Source of the DNA: Gemmatimonadota bacterium
GTDB lineage: Bacteria > Gemmatimonadota > Gemmatimonadetes > Gemmatimonadales > GWC2-71-9
Direction of reading: 5' to 3'
Length of the DNA: 64,000 nt
Assembly: GCA_039588295.1 (NCBI GenBank)
Contig: JBDHAB010000002.1
Coordinates: 64,001-128,000, forward strand
Part shown: piece after piece, positions 8,780 to 19,033 of the stretch
How positions within the stretch are numbered: the stretch's first letter is position 1
How the letters are laid out: the number at the start of each line of letters is the position of its first letter
The notes under the pieces: generated by a model
Database searches by the model: none
Told to the model about the DNA's origin: nothing
Seen by the model: only the letters and a program-made list of their open reading frames with translations
Translations under genes and position numbers: made by a program

Positions 8780-9651
8780 CCGACCTTGTCCGCCATCATC
8801 AGTGCGAGTAACAAAGGGAGATACACCACGGTGACGAGAAACAACCGGCGCGCCTTCCGCGGCGAGTGGTCAAAGCTCACCGCCATGGTTGCCGCAATGA
8901 GCCAGAGGGACAAGCCGGCCGCACCCGCGAAGTAGACCACCCCGGTGGTGCCCAGCACCGTAGGTGCGAGACTCACGGGCAGGAGCGCCACCGCGTAGAG
9001 CAGCGCTTGCCGAAACGTCGCCTCGGCACCGGCGGTGACGCTGAGCATCCGCAGTCCGGCGCGGGCGTAGTCCTCGCGATAGAGCCACGCGAGGGCCAGG
9101 AAATGCGGCAGCTGCCACAGGAAGAGAATGAAGAAGAGCACCCAGGCCCGGAGGCTCACCGTACCTTGAGCTGCAGCCCATCCGCCCACGATCGGTAGCG
9201 CACCGGGAACGGCGCCCACCAGCGTGCACAGCGATGAACGGCGCTTGAGTGGCGTGTAGAGAAAGACGTACGAACCCAGGGTCGCCGCGGCGAGCACGGC
9301 AACGATGGGGTTGGTGAACACAGCGAGGTAGGCGACGCCGGCCAATCCCATGGTCCATGCGACGACCGTCGACTCGGCCGCACGGAGCCGTCCCGACGGC
9401 AACGGTCTGCTCCTCGTTCGCCGCATGCGCGCATCAATCTGCCGCTCGAGGATCTGGTTCAGCGCGTTGCTGCCACCGGCAACCAATGCCGAACCGAGGA
9501 GCGTGTGGAGGAGTCCGGGGAGGTCCACCATGCCCGGCGCCCCAAGGTAGAACCCGGCAGCAACCGTGAACAGGATGAGACCGACGATGTTGGGCTTCGT
9601 CAGCTCAAGATAGTCGGCAGCTCTGCCATGGCGAAGCACGCCGGTTGACAC
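8776..9651 (-). CDS. ctaB: Protoheme IX farnesyltransferase (heme O synthase)
   Basis: YLELTKP, ALNQILERQIDARMRRTRSRPLPSG, YTPLKR, WQLPHF. Start chosen at GTG 9651 (GAGGGG upstream); ATG 9678 is possible. Confidence 0.95.
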   Translation of the reverse strand: MSTGVLRHGRAADYLELTKPNIVGLILFTVAAGFYLGAPGMVDLPGLLHTLLGSALVAGGSNALNQILERQIDARMRRTRSRPLPSGRLRAAESTVVAWTMGLAGVAYLAVFTNPIVAVLAAATLGSYVFLYTPLKRRSSLCTLVGAVPGALPIVGGWAAAQGTVSLRAWVLFFILFLWQLPHFLALAWLYREDYARAGLRMLSVTAGAEATFRQALLYAVALLPVSLAPTVLGTTGVVYFAGAAGLSLWLIAATMAVSFDHSPRKARRLFLVTVVYLPLLLALMMADKVG

Positions 9652-9768
9652 GGTCCCCTCGGTTCTCGCGGCAGGCATAGGGCGACGAATGATGTCTCGG
9701 GCAACACGTCCGCCGCAACCACCATGGAAACCCACCTACCCCCTGCGAGGACAGGAACCGAGCCCGTG

Positions 9769-9808
9769 AAAACAGAAGACCCCGAGCGACTAGCCGTCGT
9801 CCGGGGCC
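9769..9808 (-). terminator. Rho-independent terminator after the oxidase subunit genes
   Basis: On the minus strand, a CCCCGGACGAC-GGCTA-GTCGCTCGGGG hairpin followed by TCTTCTGTTTT. Confidence 0.65.
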
Positions 9809-9832
9809 TCAACCACCGTCCATGGGGCGTCG

Positions 9833-10144
9833 CTAGGACCCTACTGCAAATACCCCGAAGAGAAACAGCAGTGCGACAGCTACCGCCATCGCGATCAGGA
9901 GCGGAACGGTGAAGATGGCAGTGAACAACCGGTGGTCCGTCTTGAGGTGCATGTAGAACATCACCACGAGCGCGAACTTCGTCCCCGAGAGGATCAGGAG
10001 AATCGGTGCGAGGAACGGCCGGAACGCCGGGACGTAGAAGACTCCGACCTCCACGAGCGTGATGACCGTCAGCACACCCGCCACGGTCAGATAGGTTCCG
10101 ACCCCGGGATGCGCGCGCTCCGAGTGCGCGGGCTGTTCACTCAT
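9833..10144 (-). CDS. ctaF: Cytochrome c oxidase subunit IV (caa3-type)
   Basis: From ATG 10144: HPGVGTYL..LTVITLVEV, KFALVVMFYMHLK; three TM helices; overlaps the subunit III stop. Confidence 0.88.
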   Translation of the reverse strand: MSEQPAHSERAHPGVGTYLTVAGVLTVITLVEVGVFYVPAFRPFLAPILLILSGTKFALVVMFYMHLKTDHRLFTAIFTVPLLIAMAVAVALLFLFGVFAVGS

Positions 10145-10743
10145 CAAGCCCCTCCATTGGTGCGCAGCAGATACACAACCGTGAAGATCACGATCCACAC
10201 CACGTCCACAAAGTGCCAGTAGAGTCCAGCCAGTTCCACGTTCAGCGCTTTGTCGGGCCCCAGCTTGCCCTGGAACGACCGAACCAGGAGCGTGAGCAAC
10301 CAGATCACGCCGACCGCGACGTGGCCTCCGTGGAATCCCGTCAACGTGAAGAACGTCGAGCCGAACAGATTGACTTGCAGTGTGAGTCCTTCGTGCACGA
10401 AGGACCAGAACTCGAACACCTGAAACCCGAGGAAGATCGCGCCGAGCAGCGCGGTGGTACCGAGCCATACTCGCGCCCACACCTTGTCGCCTCGCTGCAC
10501 CGCCGCCAGCGCCAGCACCATGGCCAGGCTGGACATGAGCAGGTCGAAGGTGCTGACGGACGTGAGCGGGATGTTGAGAATCTCGGCCGGTGTCGGACCC
10601 GACACGCTCTTTCCCTGATAGACCAAGTAGGTCGAGATCAACGACCCGAAGAGCAGGCACTCCGACCCGATGAAGGTCCAGAACGCGATCTTTCGGCTGT
10701 CGAGTCCGGTACTCGTGTGATGAGCTGTGGCAGCGTGCGTCAT
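10144..10743 (-). CDS. ctaE: Cytochrome c oxidase subunit III
   Basis: FIGSECLLF, LLMSS, TGFHGGHV, YWHFVDVVW; start at ATG 10743. Confidence 0.95.
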   Translation of the reverse strand: MTHAATAHHTSTGLDSRKIAFWTFIGSECLLFGSLISTYLVYQGKSVSGPTPAEILNIPLTSVSTFDLLMSSLAMVLALAAVQRGDKVWARVWLGTTALLGAIFLGFQVFEFWSFVHEGLTLQVNLFGSTFFTLTGFHGGHVAVGVIWLLTLLVRSFQGKLGPDKALNVELAGLYWHFVDVVWIVIFTVVYLLRTNGGA

Positions 10744-10744
10744 G

Positions 10745-12556
10745 CTACATCTCGAAGGGCTCGAACGCCCAGGCATAGATGCTGACAACGAGGACGGCCG
10801 CGCCTCCGAGCGCCACCCACAGGTTGCCGAGGACGGCGCCGGTGGCGATCACGACGATTCCGATCGCCGCAACCGCAGGCCAGAACGACCCACCGGGAAG
10901 ATGGATCGGTTCGAGTGGCGTCTTGGGAAGCGGGGTCATGCCGTCCGTGGACCACCGGGGGAGCCGGCTCCGTACCTCAGGAATCGCCGTGAAGTTGTAC
11001 GCCGGCGGCGGCGAGGGGATCGACCATTCCAGTGTGGCACCGCCCCAGGGATCATCACCCGCCGGTGCGCCCTTGCTGAGCGTCCACACCACGTTCACGA
11101 GGAACAGCAGAACACCCACCCCCATGACGAACGCACCAACGGTCGCTACCAGGTTCATCGAGTCGAGCCCCAGCGCCGCATCGTAGGTGTAGATCCGTCG
11201 AGGCATGCCCAGGAGTCCGATGAAGTGCATCGGGAAGAATGCGAGGTTCGCTCCAATCAACGTCAGCCAGAAGTTCAGCTTCCCGATCGTCTCGTTGAGG
11301 AGCTTGCCCGTCACCTTGGGCCACCAGTAGTAAATACCGGCGAAGATGCCCATCATCGCCCCACCGAACAGCACGTAGTGGAAATGGGCCACGACGAAGT
11401 ACGTATCGGTTTGCTGCAGATCGGCCGGTGGTGAGGAGTGCATGACGCCCGAGAGCCCACCGACGATAAACATCGCAATGAAGCCGACGGCGAACAGCAT
11501 GGACGTGGTGAACCGGATCTTCCCGCCCCACATCGTCGCGATCCAGTTGAAGATCTTCACCCCGGTCGGGATGGCGATCAGCATGGTGGTCGCCGAAAAC
11601 ACGGAGTCGGCCACCGGTCCCAGTCCGACCTGGAACATGTGGTGCGCCCACACACCCCACCCAAGGACGCCGATCAACAGCCCCGAGTACACCACGATGG
11701 CGTACCCGAACAGCGGCTTCCGCGAAAACGTCGGGATCACGTCCGAGACCATCCCCATGGCAGGCAGGATCAGGATGTAGACCTCGGGATGACCGAAGAG
11801 CCAGAAGAGGTGCTGCCAAAGGAGCACGTCGCCGCCGGCGGCCACCGAATAGAAATTGGTGCCGAACTTCCGGTCGAACATCAGGAACACGAGCGCGACC
11901 GTGATCACCGGGAATGCCGTCACGATGATGAACTGTGTGACCAGGCTCATCCACGTGAACACCGGCATGCGCATCAGGCGCATCCCCGGAGCACGCAGGT
12001 TCACGATGGTGACGATGAAATTGATCCCGGCCGCAATCGACGCGACCCCCAGCACCTGCAGCCCCAGAACCCAGAAATCAACGTGCAGTCCCGGAGAGTA
12101 CTGCGATGACGTGAGGTTCGCGTACCCGAACCAGCCTGCGTTCGGCGCGGAACCGACCAAGAAGCTCGCGTTGAGAAACAGTCCGCCGAGCAGGAACACC
12201 CAGTAACTGAACGCGTTCAGGCGGGGAAACGCGACATCCCGCGCGCCGATCTGCAGCGGAATCACGAAATTGAAGAACGCGGCCGACAGGGGCATGATGG
12301 CCAGAAAGACCATCGTGGTGCCGTGCATCGTGAACAGCTCGTTGTACGTCGCTGCGCTCACGAGGTCGTTCCCTGACGACGCCAGCTGCAGCCGGATGAT
12401 CAGCGCCTCGAGGCCGCCCAGGAGGAAGAAGGCGAACGCACTGACCCCATACAGGATTCCGATCCGTTTGTGATCGGTGGTGGTCACCCAGCTCCAGATG
12501 CGGGACCCCAACGACGCTGAGTCGGCCGGGACGTGTGGCGCAACCGAAGTAGCCAT
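10745..12556 (-). CDS. ctaD: Cytochrome c oxidase subunit I (A1-type)
   Basis: TTDHKRIG, MHGTTM, GHPEVYIL, WAHHM, AHFHY, GMPRR. Confidence 0.98.
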   Translation of the reverse strand: MATSVAPHVPADSASLGSRIWSWVTTTDHKRIGILYGVSAFAFFLLGGLEALIIRLQLASSGNDLVSAATYNELFTMHGTTMVFLAIMPLSAAFFNFVIPLQIGARDVAFPRLNAFSYWVFLLGGLFLNASFLVGSAPNAGWFGYANLTSSQYSPGLHVDFWVLGLQVLGVASIAAGINFIVTIVNLRAPGMRLMRMPVFTWMSLVTQFIIVTAFPVITVALVFLMFDRKFGTNFYSVAAGGDVLLWQHLFWLFGHPEVYILILPAMGMVSDVIPTFSRKPLFGYAIVVYSGLLIGVLGWGVWAHHMFQVGLGPVADSVFSATTMLIAIPTGVKIFNWIATMWGGKIRFTTSMLFAVGFIAMFIVGGLSGVMHSSPPADLQQTDTYFVVAHFHYVLFGGAMMGIFAGIYYWWPKVTGKLLNETIGKLNFWLTLIGANLAFFPMHFIGLLGMPRRIYTYDAALGLDSMNLVATVGAFVMGVGVLLFLVNVVWTLSKGAPAGDDPWGGATLEWSIPSPPPAYNFTAIPEVRSRLPRWSTDGMTPLPKTPLEPIHLPGGSFWPAVAAIGIVVIATGAVLGNLWVALGGAAVLVVSIYAWAFEPFEM

Positions 12557-12570
12557 AGGCGACGTCCCCC

Positions 12571-13647
12571 CTACCTCAGGCTCTGGAGATACGCGACCAG
12601 CGCCGCAACCTCATCTTCCGTCAAATCGACTTTCGGCATCAGACTACCGGGTTTCTCCGCCACCGGATCGCGCAACCACCGAGCCAAACCCTCGGGCGAG
12701 TTTGGCAAGATCCCCGAAGCGATCGTCGTCCGGCTGCCCACATGGGTGAGGTTGGGTCCCAAGACTCCTTGGGCCACGCCTTCCACCACGTGGCACCCGA
12801 TGCACAGCTTGACCGGTTGCCGAAATGTCTCCACCCCTCGACGCGCGAGCTCCGAGAGGGAATCGACCGGCGCGGGCGGGTTGGTCTGTTGCTCCACCCA
12901 GGCGTCGAAGCCATCCGGGGCATCCACCATGACACGGAACCGCATGTTCGCGTGGGAAGTGCCGCAAAACTCAGCACACTGACCAAAGACCTCACCCACC
13001 GAATCCGCCTGGAACGCGATTCGGGTAGTGCGACCCGGCATTACGTCCCGCTTGCCACCCAGTTTGGGAGCCCAGAAGCTGTGGATGACGTCAACCGAAG
13101 TCATCGACAGCGCAACTGGACGTCCCTGCGGAACGTGCATCTCGTTCGCCGTCGTGATGCCGTATTCGGGATACCGGAACTCCCACCACCATTGGTGGCC
13201 GATCACCTCGACCTGCAGCGCTCCCTCCGCGGGGCTGCCGTCGGTGCGGAAGATCGTCTGGATGGTGGGAACGGCGATGAAGATGAGCACCACGGCCGGT
13301 GCCAGGGTCCACGCGATCTCCAGCAGCGTGTTGCCATGGACATGCTTCGGGTCTGTCGAGGCCCTGCGCTCGCGGTATCGGAGGATAACGTAGAGCAGAG
13401 CGGTTTCCACCACCACAAACACCCCGAGCGCCCACCAGAAGATGGTCCGATAGAGGCTGTCGATATCCTCACCGAAATCCGCCGTAGGATGCAGCGTGGA
13501 CTGCGGATACTCACCGGAACAGGCCGAGATCAGTAGCGCGAGGGCGACCGCCGCAAGTGGCGCCACTGACCGCCCCTGGCCAGTCAAGTGCTTGATGGCT
13601 GGATCCTTTGCACAATGAGAATGTTGTGTGCCAATGCTACCTGCCAT
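12571..13647 (-). CDS. ctaC: Cytochrome c oxidase subunit II with fused C-terminal cytochrome c (caa3-type)
   Basis: Lipobox ISAC, LEIAWT, HQWWWEF, DVIHSFW, CuA motif CAEFCGTSHANM, heme c motif CIGCH, KPGSLMP. Exact start uncertain. Confidence 0.96.
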   Translation of the reverse strand: MAGSIGTQHSHCAKDPAIKHLTGQGRSVAPLAAVALALLISACSGEYPQSTLHPTADFGEDIDSLYRTIFWWALGVFVVVETALLYVILRYRERRASTDPKHVHGNTLLEIAWTLAPAVVLIFIAVPTIQTIFRTDGSPAEGALQVEVIGHQWWWEFRYPEYGITTANEMHVPQGRPVALSMTSVDVIHSFWAPKLGGKRDVMPGRTTRIAFQADSVGEVFGQCAEFCGTSHANMRFRVMVDAPDGFDAWVEQQTNPPAPVDSLSELARRGVETFRQPVKLCIGCHVVEGVAQGVLGPNLTHVGSRTTIASGILPNSPEGLARWLRDPVAEKPGSLMPKVDLTEDEVAALVAYLQSLR

Positions 13648-13832
13648 TGTCAATTGGCTCCGCCCGGCGGCGGAGCCGGCGAATTCTAGCGTTCTCCTCC
13701 CCTTTGGTCAACGTGCGGCGCGACCCCGTCCAACCGCAGCGACGGGTATCTTTCAGCATCGTGACGAACCCAGACCGAGTGGGCTTCCCGAGTGCCACGC
13801 TCGGACGAACAAGAAGAGGAGGAACAGAAGTC

Positions 13833-14243
13833 ATGGTGCAAGATTCGATCGGCTACGGACTGCACGTCGAGGTACCACTCGGATACGAAACCGCGGTCGA
13901 GCGTGCTCGTGAGGAGCTTGGCAAGGAGGGATTCGGGGTGCTGACCGAGATCGACGTCAAGGCAACGCTGAAGAACAAGCTCGATGTCGAATTTCGGCCG
14001 TACGTCATTCTCGGCGCCTGCAACCCTCCAATCGCCCATCAGGCCCTTTCGCGGGAACGGAACATCGGCATGCTCCTACCGTGCAACGTGATCGTGTACG
14101 CGTCGGACGACCCGGGCAAGAGCGTGGTCGCGGCACTCGACCCGGTGAAGCAGTTGGGAATTGCCGGACGTTCGGACATGGAACCGATGGCGCTCGAGGT
14201 GCGCGAGCGCATGAGGCGCGTGCTCGAACGGGTGGCGGGATAG
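13833..14243 (+). CDS. DUF302 domain protein
   Basis: GAGGAGG RBS; EGFGVLTEIDV, ILGACNP, GMLLPCNVIV. Confidence 0.9.
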   Translation: MVQDSIGYGLHVEVPLGYETAVERAREELGKEGFGVLTEIDVKATLKNKLDVEFRPYVILGACNPPIAHQALSRERNIGMLLPCNVIVYASDDPGKSVVAALDPVKQLGIAGRSDMEPMALEVRERMRRVLERVAG

Positions 14244-14388
14244 CCTAGAGCATCACACCGCTGCCGAGCGGTCGGTAGGCGGCGCGCCACCCTGGCCACC
14301 GCCGCCCACCGTCGTATGTTTCACTGTCCATTCGGACACGCTGCACGCGGCGCGTGCCTACCTCCTTCACCCCTTCCCGAACAACGTC

Positions 14389-16125
14389 ATGCGACAGACC
14401 AATCCGATCGGCAGCGGCGACCGACCCGAGCAAGACCTCGATCGCCGGCGCTTCATGGCCTACTTCGCAGCAGCGGGACTCGGGGGGACCGCCCTTCCGG
14501 CCGCGCTGTGGGGGCTGGCGCAGGAAGCCGGCACGATCACCAAGGAGATGCTCGCCGACGCGGAGGCGGTCGCCGGGCTCGAGTTCACCGACGGCGAGCG
14601 CGATCTGATGCTGGCGGGGCTGAACGAGAACCTCGAGGCGTACGAGGAAATGCGCGCGGTGTCGATCCCGAACGACGTGCACCCGGCGCTCCTCTTCGAC
14701 CCGGTGATACCATCGCACACGCCAGCCGTAGAGCGCCGCGCGCACCGCAGGACGCGACGGCCTTCAGTCACACGACCGGAGAATCTCGAGCGGGCTGCGT
14801 TCTGGTCGCTCACGGAATTGGGCGAGTTGCTCAGAAGCCGTCAGGTATCGTCCGTCGAGTTGACCACGATGTACCTGGAGCGCATGAAGCGCTATGCAGC
14901 GAAGCTGGAATGCGCCATTACGCTCACCGAAGATTTGGCGCTCCGGCAGGCACGACGGGCAGACGCCGAGATGGCTCGCGGCCGGTATCGGGGACCGCTC
15001 CACGGCGTACCGTGGGGTGCCAAGGACCTGTTGGCGGAGGAGGAGTACCGCACGACGTGGGGCGCCGCGCCGTTCGAGAATCAGGTGATTGCCTACGATG
15101 CCACGGTCGTTGATCGGCTGGAGGAAGCGGGAGCCGTGCTGATTGCCAAGCTCACGTTGGGCGCCCTGGCATGGGGCGACGTGTGGTACGGCGGCAAGAC
15201 GCGCAATCCGTGGAATCCCGAACAAGGTTCCTCCGGATCCTCGGCCGGGTCCGCGTCGGCGACGGTGGCGGGGCTGGTGGGATTCGGCATCGGCAGTGAG
15301 ACGCTCGGTTCCATCGTCTCGCCGTCGACTCGCTGCGGTGCCACGGGGCTCCGACCGACGTTCGGGCGAGTGAGTCGGTGGGGCGCCATGGCCCTTTCGT
15401 GGAGCATGGACAAGCTGGGTCCAATCTGCCGCAGCGCGGAGGACTGTGCGCTCGTGTTCGCCGCGATTCACGGCGCGGACGGCAAAGACCCGACGGCGCG
15501 GACTCTGCCGTTCGACTGGGACCCGCAAGTCCCTCTCGCATCTCTCCGGATCGGTTACTACCGCAGTGCCTTCGAACGGCCGCCGGAGGACTACCGGTTG
15601 CGGGACTACGACCGTGCGGCGTTGGGTGTCATTCGCTCGCTCGGAGTGGATCCGATTCCCGTCGAGCTGCCGGACCGGTTCCCGGTGGACGCGCTCAGGA
15701 TCATCCTCAACGCGGAGGCGGCGGCGGCCTTTGACGAGCTGACACGCAGCAACCGCGACGATGCACTGGTGCGGCAGGTTGCGCGCGCATGGCCGAATGT
15801 GTTCCGCCGGTCCCGGCTCATTCCGGCAGTCGAGTACATCCAGGCCAACCGGATTCGGACGATGCTCATGGGCGCGATGCAAGCGGTGATGGAAGGCGTC
15901 GACGTGTTCGTGACGCCGTCCTATGGTGGCAGCGTGCTGCTGACCACCAATCTCACCGGCCACCCGGCGGTCACCGTGCCGAGTGGATTCCGTGACGACG
16001 GCACACCAGTCAGCATCTCGTTTATCGGGAAACTCTACGGAGAGGCCGACCTGCTCGCCGTGGCCAGAGCGTACCAGCAGGCGACGGGCTTTCATCTCGA
16101 ACGACCGCCGGAGTTCGCCGCATGA
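14389..16125 (+). CDS. Amidase signature family protein, Tat-exported
   Basis: DRRRFM twin-arginine signal; GPLHGVPWGAKDL, GSSGSSAGS, GSETLGSIVSPS. Confidence 0.92.
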   Translation: MRQTNPIGSGDRPEQDLDRRRFMAYFAAAGLGGTALPAALWGLAQEAGTITKEMLADAEAVAGLEFTDGERDLMLAGLNENLEAYEEMRAVSIPNDVHPALLFDPVIPSHTPAVERRAHRRTRRPSVTRPENLERAAFWSLTELGELLRSRQVSSVELTTMYLERMKRYAAKLECAITLTEDLALRQARRADAEMARGRYRGPLHGVPWGAKDLLAEEEYRTTWGAAPFENQVIAYDATVVDRLEEAGAVLIAKLTLGALAWGDVWYGGKTRNPWNPEQGSSGSSAGSASATVAGLVGFGIGSETLGSIVSPSTRCGATGLRPTFGRVSRWGAMALSWSMDKLGPICRSAEDCALVFAAIHGADGKDPTARTLPFDWDPQVPLASLRIGYYRSAFERPPEDYRLRDYDRAALGVIRSLGVDPIPVELPDRFPVDALRIILNAEAAAAFDELTRSNRDDALVRQVARAWPNVFRRSRLIPAVEYIQANRIRTMLMGAMQAVMEGVDVFVTPSYGGSVLLTTNLTGHPAVTVPSGFRDDGTPVSISFIGKLYGEADLLAVARAYQQATGFHLERPPEFAA

Positions 16126-17243
16126 CCCTACGCCGATGTCTGGTAGGCATGGCGGTTGTAGTCGCATGCATCGTCCGCGCGACGCCGATCGCCGCGCAGG
16201 AGACACCCGCCGACACGGCCGATGTCCTGGTGGAACTCGCCAGAAGCTTGGAGACGGAGGGACGGACCGAGCTCGCCAGACAGTTGCTACGCCTCGTTCT
16301 CGACCGCTACCCAGACACGCCGGCTGCGCGAGAAGCCGCCCAGCAGCTAGGCCTGCTGCGCGACACGCGCGTCGCCGGGAGTGGGCGAGTGCAGTTCGTC
16401 GTTTGGAACACGCTCTTCGGAACCTGGCTCGGCCTTGCGATTCCCGCTGCGTTTGGGGCCGACAGCCCGGAACCCTTCGGGGCGGGCCTGCTCGTGGGTG
16501 GCCCGACGGGATATCTGGCCTCGCGCGCCTATGCGCGGAGCCGGTCGCTCACGGCGGGCCAAGCGGGTGCGTACACTCTAGCCACGGTTTGGGGAACATG
16601 GCAGGGACTTGGCTGGCAGCAGGCGCTGAACATCAGCGAACCGTCGGACGAGGGACCATGGGTCGCAATGGTCATCGGCGGGCTCACGGGAATCGGCACC
16701 GGACTCCTGCTCAGCCACCAGGACATCTCTCGCGGAGGCATCACACTCGCCGACCATGCAGCGCTTTGGGGAACGTGGTACGGGTTTGCGCTCGGCGTAA
16801 TGCTCGATCGGGAGGACGACGCCCTGTGGGCGTTCACCCTCGTCGGCGGAGACGTCGGGCTAGCGGCTGCCGTTCCGACCGCGAGCATCTGGAGGCCAAC
16901 CCCCGGTCAAGTGCGCCTCACGAGCCTCGCGGGGGTTGCGGGCGGGGTTGCTGGGTTGGGCCTCGATCTGTTGCTGAGCGTAGAAGATGACGCCACCGCA
17001 GTTGCCATTCCCACAATCGGCGCGACCATCGGGCTCGTCGCAGGCGCACTAGGGACAGCCGGCCGGAACGACAACCGCACCGACTTCGACGGGACGCTGG
17101 ACGGAGCGCTGCTCAACGTCCGCGATGGCCTGCGTCTCGGCTTTCCCAGCCTCCTACCCGACGCGCAGCCAAGCCTGACGCGGGACGGCCGTGTCACGAT
17201 GCGGCCGGCCGTGCACCTGCGACTAGTGGACGTGCGCTTCTAG
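16122..17243 (+). CDS. Hypothetical membrane protein with N-terminal TPR-like helix pair and four internal helical-hairpin repeats
   Basis: Signal peptide (IAA-Q), ARQLL..VLDRYPDT.AA, repeated GTWxG / xGG..G segments; ATGA overlap with the amidase. Confidence 0.75.
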   Translation: MTLRRCLVGMAVVVACIVRATPIAAQETPADTADVLVELARSLETEGRTELARQLLRLVLDRYPDTPAAREAAQQLGLLRDTRVAGSGRVQFVVWNTLFGTWLGLAIPAAFGADSPEPFGAGLLVGGPTGYLASRAYARSRSLTAGQAGAYTLATVWGTWQGLGWQQALNISEPSDEGPWVAMVIGGLTGIGTGLLLSHQDISRGGITLADHAALWGTWYGFALGVMLDREDDALWAFTLVGGDVGLAAAVPTASIWRPTPGQVRLTSLAGVAGGVAGLGLDLLLSVEDDATAVAIPTIGATIGLVAGALGTAGRNDNRTDFDGTLDGALLNVRDGLRLGFPSLLPDAQPSLTRDGRVTMRPAVHLRLVDVRF

Positions 17244-17253
17244 GAGACTTTCC

Positions 17254-18987
17254 ATGGCTGCCGGACGCGAGGGAGGCGATCACCTGGGGCACGACCAACG
17301 ACCCGTTGAGCGACGCCAGTTCATTCAGGCCGGCGTCGGCATAACAGCAGTGCTGGCCGGACTACCCGTTCCACCGTGGAGCCGCCGCCAAGGCGCCATC
17401 GACACCGTGTTCCGAGATGCGCTGGTCTTCGACGGGCTCGGCAACCCACCGGTGTCCGCCGACGTGGCCGTCTCCGGAGATCGAATCGCGGATGTGGGGG
17501 CACACTTGCTCACAGGTCGAGCGGAGACCATCGACCTCGATGGACTCGCGCTCGCGCCGGGGTTCATCGACATCCACTCACATACCGATCTCGATCTCTT
17601 CGTGAGCCCGCTGGCCGAAAGCAAGATCCGGCAGGGTGTGACCACGGAAGTCGCCGGCCAGGACGGGAGCTCCATTGGGCCGTGGAGCGCCGAACAGGCG
17701 GCACGCGTGCGCGAGCGACATCGCGAATCGTCAGGCGTCGAACTGGACTTCAGCGATCTCTCCGGATTCGTGCGCCAGCTCGAGATCCAGGGAACCGCGG
17801 TGAACCTCGCGAGCATGGTTGGCCACGGCACGGTCCGAGAGTTCGTGATCGGCACCGAGAATCGGCCGGCGTCACCGGAGGAAATCGATCGGATGCGGGT
17901 CCTGGTTGCCGAGGCGCTTCGCGCCGGGGCATGCGGCCTTTCCAGCGGACTCGAATACGTCCCCGGCGCCTTCGCGACGCTGGATGAACTGGTAGCCGTT
18001 GCGAGACCGCTCTCGGCGGCAGGCCTTCCGTATGCGACCCACATGCGAAACGAAGACGACCAACTGTTCGCCGCGATCGAAGAGGCCGTGAACGTCGGGC
18101 GTCTCGCGGGCGTGCCGGTACAGATCTCACATCTCAAGGCGCAAGGTCAGCGGAACTGGTGGAAGGCAGAACCGGTGCTGCAAATGCTCGAGCGCGCGCG
18201 TGACGATCGTGTGGACGTGATGTACGACCGCTATCCCTACGTTGCGTACAGCACCGGACTCACGTCGCTGTTTCCGGTGTGGGCCCGCGATGGAGGAACG
18301 GCTGGGTTGCTCGGACGGTTGGCACAACCTTCGGTGGCGGACCGGATCGAGCGGGACGTACGCGGGAAGATCACCAAGCTCGGGAATTGGGACGCCGTTC
18401 AGATCACCGCCACCTCCGAAGACTCACTGCGTTGGGCCGCCGGGCGGCGTTTGGGTACGCTGGCGGCGGAGCGCGAGGTGGAGCCCTATCGGCTGTTGCT
18501 CGAGCTCATCACTGGAGACCGAGGGCGGTCCGGGATGGTGGGCTTTGGCATGAGTGAGGAGAACACGACACGGTTCCTCACACACCCCCTGGGGATGATC
18601 TGTTCCGATGGCTCGGCACTCGCAACCCAGGGTCCGCTCGCACGAGGAACGCCTCACCCACGGAGCTTCGGTACCTTCCCGCGAGTGCTGGGCCACTACT
18701 GCCGAGACGAACGAGCCATGTCGCTCGAGCTGGCGGTCCGCAAGATGACCGCGCTCCCTGCTATGCGGCTCAAACTGAGTGGGCGCGGCGTGATCGCACC
18801 CGGAGCCTTCGCCGATCTCGTGGCATTCGACCCCGACCGTATTCGAGACCGCGCGACATTCGAGGACCCACATCAATACCCCACGGGGATCGTGCACGTG
18901 ATGGTGAACGGAGCATGGGTGCTGCGGGGGGGCGAGCGCACGCCCGCGCTCCCGGGGCGGCCGCTTCGGCCCAGCGCCGCTAGGTAA
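17254..18987 (+). CDS. N-acyl-D-amino-acid deacylase (D-aminoacylase family amidohydrolase), probably Tat-exported
   Basis: ERRQFI signal; APGFIDIHSHTD, GLSSGLEY, THMRNE, ISHLK, CSDG, HPRSFGTFPRVLG. Confidence 0.92.
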   Translation: MAAGREGGDHLGHDQRPVERRQFIQAGVGITAVLAGLPVPPWSRRQGAIDTVFRDALVFDGLGNPPVSADVAVSGDRIADVGAHLLTGRAETIDLDGLALAPGFIDIHSHTDLDLFVSPLAESKIRQGVTTEVAGQDGSSIGPWSAEQAARVRERHRESSGVELDFSDLSGFVRQLEIQGTAVNLASMVGHGTVREFVIGTENRPASPEEIDRMRVLVAEALRAGACGLSSGLEYVPGAFATLDELVAVARPLSAAGLPYATHMRNEDDQLFAAIEEAVNVGRLAGVPVQISHLKAQGQRNWWKAEPVLQMLERARDDRVDVMYDRYPYVAYSTGLTSLFPVWARDGGTAGLLGRLAQPSVADRIERDVRGKITKLGNWDAVQITATSEDSLRWAAGRRLGTLAAEREVEPYRLLLELITGDRGRSGMVGFGMSEENTTRFLTHPLGMICSDGSALATQGPLARGTPHPRSFGTFPRVLGHYCRDERAMSLELAVRKMTALPAMRLKLSGRGVIAPGAFADLVAFDPDRIRDRATFEDPHQYPTGIVHVMVNGAWVLRGGERTPALPGRPLRPSAAR

Positions 18988-19033
18988 TGAGACGAGCTGC
19001 AGGACACCCGCACACGTGCAACCAGTGAAGCCG

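Noticed and set aside
14358..14370. AAGGAGG on the minus strand suggesting a small antisense gene
   Set aside because: The nearest start codon is about 14 nt away and the peptide is featureless.
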